A program made the translations under genes and the position numbers. Source: Auanema rhodensis (lineage: Eukaryota; Animalia; Nematoda). Taken from it: 64,000 nucleotides of DNA. The first letter of the stretch is position 1, and the number at the start of each line of letters is the position of its first letter. This document shows, piece by piece, positions 1 through 8,984 of this stretch. The DNA lies in contig OZ059897.1 in assembly GCA_964057225.1 (NCBI GenBank), positions 7,564,001 to 7,628,000 on the forward strand, read 5' to 3'. Below the pieces are notes generated by a model. The model was given only the letters and a program-made list of their open reading frames with translations, did not search any database and had not been told where the DNA came from.

Positions 1-254
1 AATCAGATTTTCAACTACAGAGAAAATACGGAGAGCACCAGAGTCCCGATATCACACAGTAGAAGGCGGATCCATCGCCATTGGCCAAGGCATCGACCTC
101 ATTCTCACAAGTTGTCGATACGACACCGGTCGCTCTCCAAAGCCTTTCTCATTTTGCCTACATCCTCATCCTTATTCACCGCATTCTTTAACGTCTCAAC
201 ATCCCACACGTTACCAAGCACTCAAGGTTTTTTCAAACCAAGAGTTCTAGCAAG

Positions 255-3200
255 GTGGCTAAGAGATTCCATTCAGCCGTACCTATAAGTACGCATTTCG
301 ATTCCCAAGACTCAGCTCCCTTTACCAGAAGTCGAGCTCGAGCTCAAGACGTCGCTATATTAGAAGAGGAGCAGAAAGTCGACAAGAAGCCGGATAATTT
401 CCTTATTCCTACTACTGATTCTGTCTCACCTACTGAACAACTAGGCGACCCGGACTACGTACCTACTATAGAAGAAGAACTATCAATCATTGTGGAGGAA
501 CAAACACCGATCACTCCTAAAAAGGTACGCTCCTCTAATTCTAATAAAAATAAGAAAAATCAAAACATCAGCGACGCTTCTCTCTCTCTCTCACTAACTG
601 AACCAACCGATTCCCCTTTACTTTCAAAAACTTCTAGCGCGGGTGGGCTTAGTTCTCTTAGAAACATTGTTACTGATCTTTTTAACCTTTCGCCTAAAGA
701 TAAAACTTTCAACACCAAGCGCAAAAGCAGATATTCATCAGTCCCTAACATTAATATCTCACCAATTCAACCACCTGCACCAAATACCAGTATTCATCAA
801 ACTTCTACTCCCATCTTAACAACAACAGACTCACTTCCTAAGGCACCCAATAGACCTATTCCATCCACGCAAACAACCCCTATTTTGGAGACCCCACCAA
901 TAACAGGTAGAACGATCAAAATACCATCTACCCGTACGAATAACATCATGACGGAAGCTGTTTCCTCACTACCTGGGGCAGGGAAAACAACAATCGCGCA
1001 AGCCTTACTTTCGCCTTACTGTCCAACTTACGACGGCAGTCGTAACTTCCGTGATTTTACGGGTAAATTCAACTTGTTTGCTAATGCCATTGGCCTTGTT
1101 ATCCCTGAAAGGTTAGCACTTCTTCCTTTGCTTCTCAAAAATGAAGCAGCAGAAGAAGCTTACAGACAAGTTCCTGAACAACTTAAAACAACTGGTTCGT
1201 GGAATGATCTGATTAGAGCACTAACATCGAAGCTCTGCCCTGAATATAACCAAGACCCTGCACTTATTAACCTTCAAAACACCACGCAAGGGGAATTGAC
1301 AATTGATGCATACGCCCAAGCATTAAGAACAATGGCATTGAGTGCATTTGCATCTGATGACCCACATAAAGATCAAATACTGAGATCAACATTCCTCAGA
1401 GGACTTAAAAATTCTCTAAAACCAGCTGTGATCCGAGCAAAGCCAAAATCCTTCACAGAAGCGATTGAAGCAGCTCGCTGGGAGGAATCGATAGTGAACC
1501 AAACAACAGACACGCAATCGATGTTGGTCAACGCTGTGAACAAAGCACTAGCACCCTTTGCGCGTAATGATGAGAGACGAGATAGCCAAACATTTAATCG
1601 CAATTATCAACGCGATAACCAAATGATAAGAAATAATCAAAATTATCAAAATAATCAAAATTATCAAAATTATCAAAAAAATAAAAACTTTTCTAATTTC
1701 AATAATAATCGAAACCGTTACGGTTCTTTCGCTAATAATAATCGCCGTACAAATTATAACGAACAAGATAATAGGCAATCGAGTTCTGATTGGCATCAAA
1801 GAAATTATAATTTTCGTCATAACAACCAACGAGGTAGATTCAATAACAACAACGGACAAAGAAGAGTTCAATTCAAAAATCCAAGAGACAACTCAAGAGG
1901 AAGAGATAGAAGCTCAACAAGAATAAACTCGGTCACCCTTTCGCCTTTGACGCTCACAGTTATCATGGCAATAACAGCAGCAATATTCTTGCCCTGTGCA
2001 TCTACATATCAAATCTGTACAAGAGCAACAGGAGGCGCATTACTTATGCCACCAACAATCAGAAAATGCAGATTAACAGAGAAAAACCATGTGCTACGTA
2101 CAGAAGTTCATCTGTACACAAGAAATCACACAGCACACGAATGGGATGCGTGGCGTTGTTCAGAGGAAGTACACAAGTTATGCGTACGAGACCTGCTATT
2201 CCTCCGCGATACGAACAGAACAATAAATAGAATACAGCCCATAGGAGAGCGCGAATGCAGACAGGCGATCCGCGATCGCAAGTGGAATAACATAGAACTG
2301 CAACGCATTGATAGTATCACCCAAGCAACTCCGGAGCCCTCCTATGACCCAGCGCGCGCGTTCAACCGCGACGCGTGCGAGGAGCGGTCACGTCTAATAT
2401 TAGAGCGCGGAGTCATGACCCGTATGCCTGACGATACAATATTGTCAAACTTAATATTAAACACGGAAGGATGCAATGCACATCATGGTAATTGTGAATC
2501 AAGTACATCAATAATAATATGGGACCCACAAACCACTGCTTCACGTTGTAATTACATCGATATGCATACATATGACGCTATCATTAGTCAAGATACTATT
2601 TTAATCCCTAGTACACAATCGGCACTTATTCTTTCGAGCAAACCAACTCCGAAACCTATTTCTTCTTGCTTCAGGCAGCCAGCGTTCCATACGACATCAG
2701 GAAATTATATCATTCTTCCTAAATTTCCAAACGACAACAATATAACCACCCTTATTGAAAGAGAGTTCAAAAAGCTGCCGTTTAAAAGACCAAAACGTGC
2801 AGTCACCGAAGGATGTTCTTTCCCACTGGATCAAGATCGGATCAACGAAGTTGAAGATTATGAAACAGTATTGCTTCACGTCTGTCCATATACTTTCCTA
2901 AGACCATTAATGAGTAATCCCGGTATTACTTCAATTATTCCTATAATCAAAGGAAGACGTTTAGTAGATCCAACATACTCTCTAAAGGCATGGATAACAT
3001 CACATAAAGAAAAATTCGAATTTTTCTTCAGAATTCAAATAAATGAACATTCTGTTCGACATTTTCTCAAGCAATACGATTTCAGTGATAAAGAAGAAGC
3101 TCTGCTATATTATATAGCACAAAGAGAATTAGCCATTACTACAAAGGCAGCAATATCATACTTGACATCTGAACAGCTTCTCGAACAAATATCAGATCGT

Positions 3201-6200
3201 TTGACAGTAATCGAATTCGATGAAATCATAAGGAAGAAAGAAGGTTCATATCGCGAACGAATTGAAAGCATAGCTCTCAATTTAACCAATACACCAGTTA
3301 TAATTGAAGAAGGACTGACAGTTCCATCACGACAAGAAGTCCTACAAACGTTCATACAAATGCCACCAATAAGGAAACGTATACTAACTGACGAGGAAGA
3401 GAAGAAAAGCGAATTCATTAAGGCAACGATCAATTTACTAAGAGAACTAAAAACCCTCACAACAGTACGATGGAATAAAACTGCAGCATTTATTGATGAC
3501 AGAAAATTTATAAAATTGCCAGCATCACGACAATTCATGCCAAATACAGATAAACTATTTTATGACAGGAAGAATAATTATGGAATACCGATCGGTCCAC
3601 ACCCTAAGCTGATCAAGCCCAGCAATCTTTCAAAGAAATTATTATTGGAAATATTTTTACCCCTGCTCAATAATGTAAAAACACCTTATACATCGAGTAG
3701 GATAACACAAGAACAACTTCAAATCTTAATGGCAGAGAAAAATGAAACAAATTTTCGGCAAATCGCAACGCGGACATCCAGCGTCGCGGCAGGCGGCGCG
3801 GCTAGCGTCGCTGCAGGCGGCGCGGCTAGCGGCGCGGTTGTGACACCAGTCCAACCTTTGATCGAACAGAAGGGAACAATCCAATCAGTTACCACAATAC
3901 AGCCGCATATAACGAACAATCCTCACACAAATGCAACAACCACCACAAGAGCACCATCATGGAGGCAACAGCCATCAACAACGGCGCCTCACACGACCGC
4001 TGCGACAACAGCACGCACAACAACATCAACCGCTCGTTCGCCAACAACAACAAGAAGCTATGCCATATACAAAGACGCACAGATTCCAAAAATACAAGAG
4101 ACAACCGAAGCCTCTCCAACATTGATTCGAAAAAACCGAGCTTCCTCAACACCATCAGTAGAAACCTCAAATTTAGTGGAAGCAAATGCGAGATACATAG
4201 CAACGAAAATTGACTCGGTACAAGAGTTTCGTCAAAATATATCGAACAAAATAGCCCAAGATCATTTACAGTATGCTACTACAATGATCCAAGAGGAATT
4301 GCAGAAACATTTTGAAGAATCATACGAATCGATTTGCGAGATACAAAATCGGTATCTGGAATTATGGAAATCAATTCTACAAATTGAACCAACAATCGCA
4401 ATGCGAACAATACTGGGAAGAGAAGATATAGCCGCACGGTTTGTAGGCAATGAAATTTTGCATATACATGTATGCCCTACAGTGCTAGAGAAAACCATTT
4501 ATCACAATCACACCGTAAATGGCACATGCTATCTCGAAACCCCAGTCTGGACACAAGACGGACAGTTACTGTTTGCAGCACCCGGATCCAAGGATCTTTT
4601 ACCTCATGGTAAAGAAATAAGCTGTGATCACGTACCAACAGATATCTGGTCTAGCGAAGGTGAATGGAAAGGAATTAATGGGACTGCAGACGTCAATCTT
4701 GTATCAATGTGGGACGGACTTCATCACGAAAAAATAACACCATTAAAATTCACCGGAGCTCACTTATACACTAATTTATCGTCTCGTGTATACTCAATGA
4801 CCACAGCCATAGCTTACGGTGCGAGTTTAGCATCGATTCGTCAGAATCACGTTCTTCACACAATTCACAATGATCCAAAGATATCAGCTACATTCAGTGT
4901 ACTAAAGAAAAGTAGCGACTACATATCGAAAGCTCAAGAATTCACCAAGAGCACATGGAAGTCATTCATCGATACAATTGCAGGAACGATTGAGCGAACA
5001 CTAATAACGATCGGTGCAATTACATTATTTACCATCATACTCTTTGTGATAGGTTTCATTGTAAAGATCTATTTCTTCAAACCAGTAGGCATACCAGTTA
5101 TGCATATTGCACTCAAAGATCACGACAGTGATCTACCAACATACGAAGAAACTTTGGAATTAGTTAGTCATCCGGATCAACCGATTCCAAGACACATAAT
5201 GAAACAATACTATCCATCAATGCTCACATTCATACCAATCGCACTACCATTAGTTTGCTCGATTTCCAAAAAGAAAGATCAAGCACTACCACTTCTATGG
5301 ATGACTGTTAATGATAGACTGATCCTAACTTTATGGGACTCAGGTTCGTCCGTCAGTTACATAAGAATATCGACACTACACTACTTAGCTTTGAATGACT
5401 TTGTTAAGAAGAATACATTAAGAGCAACAACAGCGAACGGATCAGAATTTGTATTCATTGGTACTATCGACTTAACCGTCGAAATAGCCGGTTACGAAAT
5501 CGACCATACATTCTTCATATCAGACGACAAAGACTGTCCATCGCCAGCGTTGATTGGATTAGATTTCATGAAAACACTTGACTGTCAAAACATTGGCATG
5601 AAACTAAGACCATACAAAAGAACACTGGAAATTGGAAATCATGTAGTACCTTTGGCTAGCGGAATTAACGGGGATATTAACAGGATATCAAAAACTGTTA
5701 ATTTGATAACCTTGGAGCCGCGGAGTCTACTTCCTCGACAAGTTTTTAATTTCCAAGTCCAATTAGAGAACCCAATCGGAGAAGACTTAATCGCTATGAT
5801 TAAACCAAACGACAATACTCCTCTCTCACCTCGATACGACACAGCATTTCGCGATGTTAACTCCATCAATATCCAATTCCGGAACAATTCTAAAGAATTC
5901 ATAGAAATACCGGCCGGCACTGTGATTGCAGAAGCCGAAATAGGATCTATACCGGACTATGAAATCTTCTCAACAGAACAACAGTACGACTATATTCCAC
6001 CAGAAGCAGACTGGGAAGGCAAATTACCTCACTTCCCTGGTGATTTCATGAAAGAACTTGACCTAAAAGAGGCTGATCTTACGCAACGACAAAAAGACGA
6101 ACTACGAAACATCATTCGTCAACGTAAGAAGGCATTCCTCAATGAAGATAAAAAGATAGGATTGTTCAAAGGACCAGTAGAACACAAGATACCACTACGA

Positions 6201-8984
6201 ACGGATATGGATATGCCAAAGCCACGAATTTCACGTATACCTCTCGGGAAACAAGAAGAGGTAGAAAGACAAGTCCAAGAAATGCTCGAGCAAGGGATAA
6301 TAGAACGATCGACATCTTTGTTCAACAGCCCTGTCGTTCTCGTTAAGAAAAAAGACGAAACATTCCGTTTCGTTACGGATTTCCGAGCCTTAAATAACGT
6401 TACAAGAAAACAAACATATGTGATTCCTAACATCTCTGATATCATTGACTTAGCGGCTGGATCACAATACTTTTCTAATTTTGATCTTGTTTCTGGCTTT
6501 TTCCAAATACCATTATTGAAGAAGGATAGACCACTCACATCCTTTACCACCAATAGTGGGACTTATCAATACAGGAGAATGCCTATGGGATTATGTGGTG
6601 CGCCACATACCTTTCAAACAGCCGTGAGATATCTCCAAAGTAAATGTAAATGCCGACTATTTGTCTATTTGGACGATTTACTAGTCATATCAGACAGCGC
6701 AGAACAACACCTCGAAGACATCAAAGAAGTATTACTCGCTGTAGAAAGACTAGGATTTAAGATTAAACTCAAGAAATGTTCATTTGCAAGACCAGAAGTG
6801 AAATTTCTCGGACTCATTGTCGGAAGAGACGGAGTTAAGCCCGATCAACAGAAAGTTTCCGCCATCCGCGATTACCCTGCTCCTCAAACACCCACAGGAG
6901 TAAGAGCATTCTTAGGAATGGTCGGATTCTTTAGAAAATTTATTAAAGATTTTGCACATATAGCAAGTCCGCTGTATGACCTTACTAAGCTAGACGCAGA
7001 CTTCAATTGGACTAGCGAATGTCAACGTTCACTAGATAAGCTAAAGGAACGACTAATCGAAGCACCGGTACTGAAACCACCACGATCAGACCGAACTTTC
7101 ATCATTGAAAGTGATGGCAGCAACATCGCCATAGGCGCAGTATTACTGCAGCCCGAAGATCCAAACGAACCATTCAAGAACTTACATCCAATTGCTTTCG
7201 CAAGTAGGAAATTAGTAAAAGCAGAACGTAACTATGCTCCCATAGAGATAGAAGCCTTAGGCTTAGTTTACGCTCTAGCACAGTTTCGAACATACATACT
7301 TGGATCACATTCAATTTGCATCACCGATCATCGCCCATTGACAAGCTTACTAACTAGAAGAGACCTATTTGGAAGACTAGCAAAGTTCCAATTGGTCATA
7401 CAGGAATACGATATTGAGATCAAATATCGAGAAGGCAGATTAAACAAAGTCTGTGACGCACTCTCTAGATACATTGGAGATGAAGCTAACGATCCAAAGA
7501 CGTCGAACAAGAAACAAAAGACGAATTCGAAAGAGAAAATTGAGACACAACAAGTAAATGTTGTGAAGTTACCAGAATTCAGCTCAATCCAACAAAATAC
7601 TCCTTGGATCAAGAGAACAATAGCTGAGATTGAATACAGAACGAAGAAAAATATGATTCAAAATGATCGTTATTGTGTTATAAACAACTTACTCTACACA
7701 AAACCAAGCGTCAAAAGACCTCATCCAGCGTTAATATTGCCATCGGATAGTGATATAATTAACAAAATCATTGAAGAATTTCATGAAGACCCAACAATCG
7801 GGGCGCATCAAGGAATCAACAAAACAAAAGAAGCCATATTACGAAGATTTTCCTGGACTAACATGCAGAACGACATAGCAAAATACGTAAAACAGTGCAT
7901 CAAATGTGCACAACGAAAGAAAGATCCTCATGCTATGACCGTACAACCAATGGGTCAATTTAACATACCAACAAAACCATTTGAGAGAATACATATGGAT
8001 ATCATGGGACCATTCCCAACATCAAAAAGGAACAACAGCTATGTCCTCACAATACAAGACTCTTTCTCCAAATGGGCTACAACTATCGCCATACCAACAA
8101 TTGTTAGTGAAGTTGTCATTGATAGATTCCTCAGAAACTTTGTATATGTCTATGGACCACCGAATCGCTTAATAACAGACCGCGGTTCCAACTTCCTATC
8201 AAGGAAATTTGAAGACATGTGCGAAAAACTCGGTATCAAACATGAATCAACACTCCCACATCAGAAGAATTCCAATGGACAAGTAGAAAGACTTCATAGA
8301 ACGTTAGAAGAAGGACTAACACATTATCTCAACGAAGATGTCACTGATTGGGACATGTTTTTGCCAAAAATTACCTTTGCATTGAACACCACAACGCATG
8401 CAACCACAGGAATATCACCATACGTTGTACTATTCGGGAAAGAAAGCCGTTTGAGATTGGATAAAGATTTATACCCCGAAACAACTGAACCAAAGGAAAT
8501 TTCAAAGGAGATTGAAAATATTGAGAAAATCCGAAGCAAACAGAAAACAATCATTCAAGAAAATTTGGAAAAGCATCAAGAATTAGCAAAAAAGAAACAT
8601 GATGCTCGATTACGCACTCACGAAAGAGATATACAAGAAGGAGACTGCGTTATGTTAGCTGTGAAAATGCACAAGCCAGGACAAAAGCTTCGGAAAGCTT
8701 ATGATGGACCATTTGAAGTTATAAATGTGAAGGGAAACATGGTTCAAATCAAAAACCTTTTCGGAAAGATTCAAGACGTTCACAAGGACAATCTCAAATT
8801 ATTTAATCGAGAAACAGATGACGGAATCCCACATAAGCCCAGTACACGTACAGACAGCTCAGACGATGACAGCGATATCGAAATCATAGAGGTTATCAAC
8901 GGAAACAACAACGAGGAAGACTCTTATGACGAACCAGAAGACCTTTCGGATACAAATTGGCTACCATCAAGAAAAAACCATTAA
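255..8984 (+). CDS. E1 Gag-Env-Pol polyprotein (2909 aa from GTG; frame open from 192; first in-frame ATG ~948)
   Basis: Capsid-like YDGSRNF..F / QGELTIDAY / FLRGL motifs; protease LWDSGS (~5337); RT FVTDFRALN, FDLVSGFFQ, YLDD (~6666); RNase H IESDGS..IAFASRKL..TDHRPL..DALSR; integrase H-H-C-C, IHMDIMGP, ITDRGSNF, NGQVER, GPF. No internal stop or frameshift. Confidence 0.95.
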   Translation: MAKRFHSAVPISTHFDSQDSAPFTRSRARAQDVAILEEEQKVDKKPDNFLIPTTDSVSPTEQLGDPDYVPTIEEELSIIVEEQTPITPKKVRSSNSNKNKKNQNISDASLSLSLTEPTDSPLLSKTSSAGGLSSLRNIVTDLFNLSPKDKTFNTKRKSRYSSVPNINISPIQPPAPNTSIHQTSTPILTTTDSLPKAPNRPIPSTQTTPILETPPITGRTIKIPSTRTNNIMTEAVSSLPGAGKTTIAQALLSPYCPTYDGSRNFRDFTGKFNLFANAIGLVIPERLALLPLLLKNEAAEEAYRQVPEQLKTTGSWNDLIRALTSKLCPEYNQDPALINLQNTTQGELTIDAYAQALRTMALSAFASDDPHKDQILRSTFLRGLKNSLKPAVIRAKPKSFTEAIEAARWEESIVNQTTDTQSMLVNAVNKALAPFARNDERRDSQTFNRNYQRDNQMIRNNQNYQNNQNYQNYQKNKNFSNFNNNRNRYGSFANNNRRTNYNEQDNRQSSSDWHQRNYNFRHNNQRGRFNNNNGQRRVQFKNPRDNSRGRDRSSTRINSVTLSPLTLTVIMAITAAIFLPCASTYQICTRATGGALLMPPTIRKCRLTEKNHVLRTEVHLYTRNHTAHEWDAWRCSEEVHKLCVRDLLFLRDTNRTINRIQPIGERECRQAIRDRKWNNIELQRIDSITQATPEPSYDPARAFNRDACEERSRLILERGVMTRMPDDTILSNLILNTEGCNAHHGNCESSTSIIIWDPQTTASRCNYIDMHTYDAIISQDTILIPSTQSALILSSKPTPKPISSCFRQPAFHTTSGNYIILPKFPNDNNITTLIEREFKKLPFKRPKRAVTEGCSFPLDQDRINEVEDYETVLLHVCPYTFLRPLMSNPGITSIIPIIKGRRLVDPTYSLKAWITSHKEKFEFFFRIQINEHSVRHFLKQYDFSDKEEALLYYIAQRELAITTKAAISYLTSEQLLEQISDRLTVIEFDEIIRKKEGSYRERIESIALNLTNTPVIIEEGLTVPSRQEVLQTFIQMPPIRKRILTDEEEKKSEFIKATINLLRELKTLTTVRWNKTAAFIDDRKFIKLPASRQFMPNTDKLFYDRKNNYGIPIGPHPKLIKPSNLSKKLLLEIFLPLLNNVKTPYTSSRITQEQLQILMAEKNETNFRQIATRTSSVAAGGAASVAAGGAASGAVVTPVQPLIEQKGTIQSVTTIQPHITNNPHTNATTTTRAPSWRQQPSTTAPHTTAATTARTTTSTARSPTTTRSYAIYKDAQIPKIQETTEASPTLIRKNRASSTPSVETSNLVEANARYIATKIDSVQEFRQNISNKIAQDHLQYATTMIQEELQKHFEESYESICEIQNRYLELWKSILQIEPTIAMRTILGREDIAARFVGNEILHIHVCPTVLEKTIYHNHTVNGTCYLETPVWTQDGQLLFAAPGSKDLLPHGKEISCDHVPTDIWSSEGEWKGINGTADVNLVSMWDGLHHEKITPLKFTGAHLYTNLSSRVYSMTTAIAYGASLASIRQNHVLHTIHNDPKISATFSVLKKSSDYISKAQEFTKSTWKSFIDTIAGTIERTLITIGAITLFTIILFVIGFIVKIYFFKPVGIPVMHIALKDHDSDLPTYEETLELVSHPDQPIPRHIMKQYYPSMLTFIPIALPLVCSISKKKDQALPLLWMTVNDRLILTLWDSGSSVSYIRISTLHYLALNDFVKKNTLRATTANGSEFVFIGTIDLTVEIAGYEIDHTFFISDDKDCPSPALIGLDFMKTLDCQNIGMKLRPYKRTLEIGNHVVPLASGINGDINRISKTVNLITLEPRSLLPRQVFNFQVQLENPIGEDLIAMIKPNDNTPLSPRYDTAFRDVNSINIQFRNNSKEFIEIPAGTVIAEAEIGSIPDYEIFSTEQQYDYIPPEADWEGKLPHFPGDFMKELDLKEADLTQRQKDELRNIIRQRKKAFLNEDKKIGLFKGPVEHKIPLRTDMDMPKPRISRIPLGKQEEVERQVQEMLEQGIIERSTSLFNSPVVLVKKKDETFRFVTDFRALNNVTRKQTYVIPNISDIIDLAAGSQYFSNFDLVSGFFQIPLLKKDRPLTSFTTNSGTYQYRRMPMGLCGAPHTFQTAVRYLQSKCKCRLFVYLDDLLVISDSAEQHLEDIKEVLLAVERLGFKIKLKKCSFARPEVKFLGLIVGRDGVKPDQQKVSAIRDYPAPQTPTGVRAFLGMVGFFRKFIKDFAHIASPLYDLTKLDADFNWTSECQRSLDKLKERLIEAPVLKPPRSDRTFIIESDGSNIAIGAVLLQPEDPNEPFKNLHPIAFASRKLVKAERNYAPIEIEALGLVYALAQFRTYILGSHSICITDHRPLTSLLTRRDLFGRLAKFQLVIQEYDIEIKYREGRLNKVCDALSRYIGDEANDPKTSNKKQKTNSKEKIETQQVNVVKLPEFSSIQQNTPWIKRTIAEIEYRTKKNMIQNDRYCVINNLLYTKPSVKRPHPALILPSDSDIINKIIEEFHEDPTIGAHQGINKTKEAILRRFSWTNMQNDIAKYVKQCIKCAQRKKDPHAMTVQPMGQFNIPTKPFERIHMDIMGPFPTSKRNNSYVLTIQDSFSKWATTIAIPTIVSEVVIDRFLRNFVYVYGPPNRLITDRGSNFLSRKFEDMCEKLGIKHESTLPHQKNSNGQVERLHRTLEEGLTHYLNEDVTDWDMFLPKITFALNTTTHATTGISPYVVLFGKESRLRLDKDLYPETTEPKEISKEIENIEKIRSKQKTIIQENLEKHQELAKKKHDARLRTHERDIQEGDCVMLAVKMHKPGQKLRKAYDGPFEVINVKGNMVQIKNLFGKIQDVHKDNLKLFNRETDDGIPHKPSTRTDSSDDDSDIEIIEVINGNNNEEDSYDEPEDLSDTNWLPSRKNH
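948..1930 (+). other. gag: E1 Gag: capsid domain followed by an N/Q/R-rich low-complexity NC-like region with no CCHC knuckle
   Basis: Retrotransposon-gag-like motifs shared with E3 (P.YDG...F, EAYR, Q...S/T.....A, LRSTF..GL...., P..F.EA.E.A..EE). Boundaries approximate. Confidence 0.75.
1938..5080 (+). other. env: E1 envelope glycoprotein region (signal peptide, furin site, mucin-like tract, gB-like class III fusion core, TM anchor)
   Basis: Hydrophobic LTLTVIMAITAAIFLPCAST signal (~1938-2006); Cys-rich ectodomain with N-x-S/T sequons; KRPKR site (~2784-2798); Thr-rich tract (~3920-4050); CEIQNRYLELWKSILQIEPTIAMRTILGREDIAARFVGNEILHIHVC and CYLETPV resemble the herpesvirus gB core helix and CYSRP motif; TM ~5001-5078. 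Confidence 0.8.
5280..8984 (+). other. pol: E1 Pol: aspartic protease, reverse transcriptase, RNase H, integrase with acidic tail
   Basis: Catalytic motifs DSG, YLDD, RNase H D-E-D and integrase HHCC/DDE all present and intact. Confidence 0.95.

Noticed and set aside
966-1000. LPGAGKTT in E1 as a P-loop NTPase
   Set aside because: Resembles a Walker A but lacks the first Gly and the preceding beta strand, is absent in E3, and no NTPase domain follows.
560-8554. Short antisense and overlapping ORFs within E1 (and 52017-57974 within E3)
   Set aside because: Shadow ORFs of a long A-rich coding strand; low complexity and no recognisable motifs.
255-8984. BEL/Pao or Ty1/copia classification
   Set aside because: RT/RNase H motifs and the PR-RT-RH-IN order with a GPF/GPY module are Ty3/gypsy-like; no triple Cys-His Gag knuckles.
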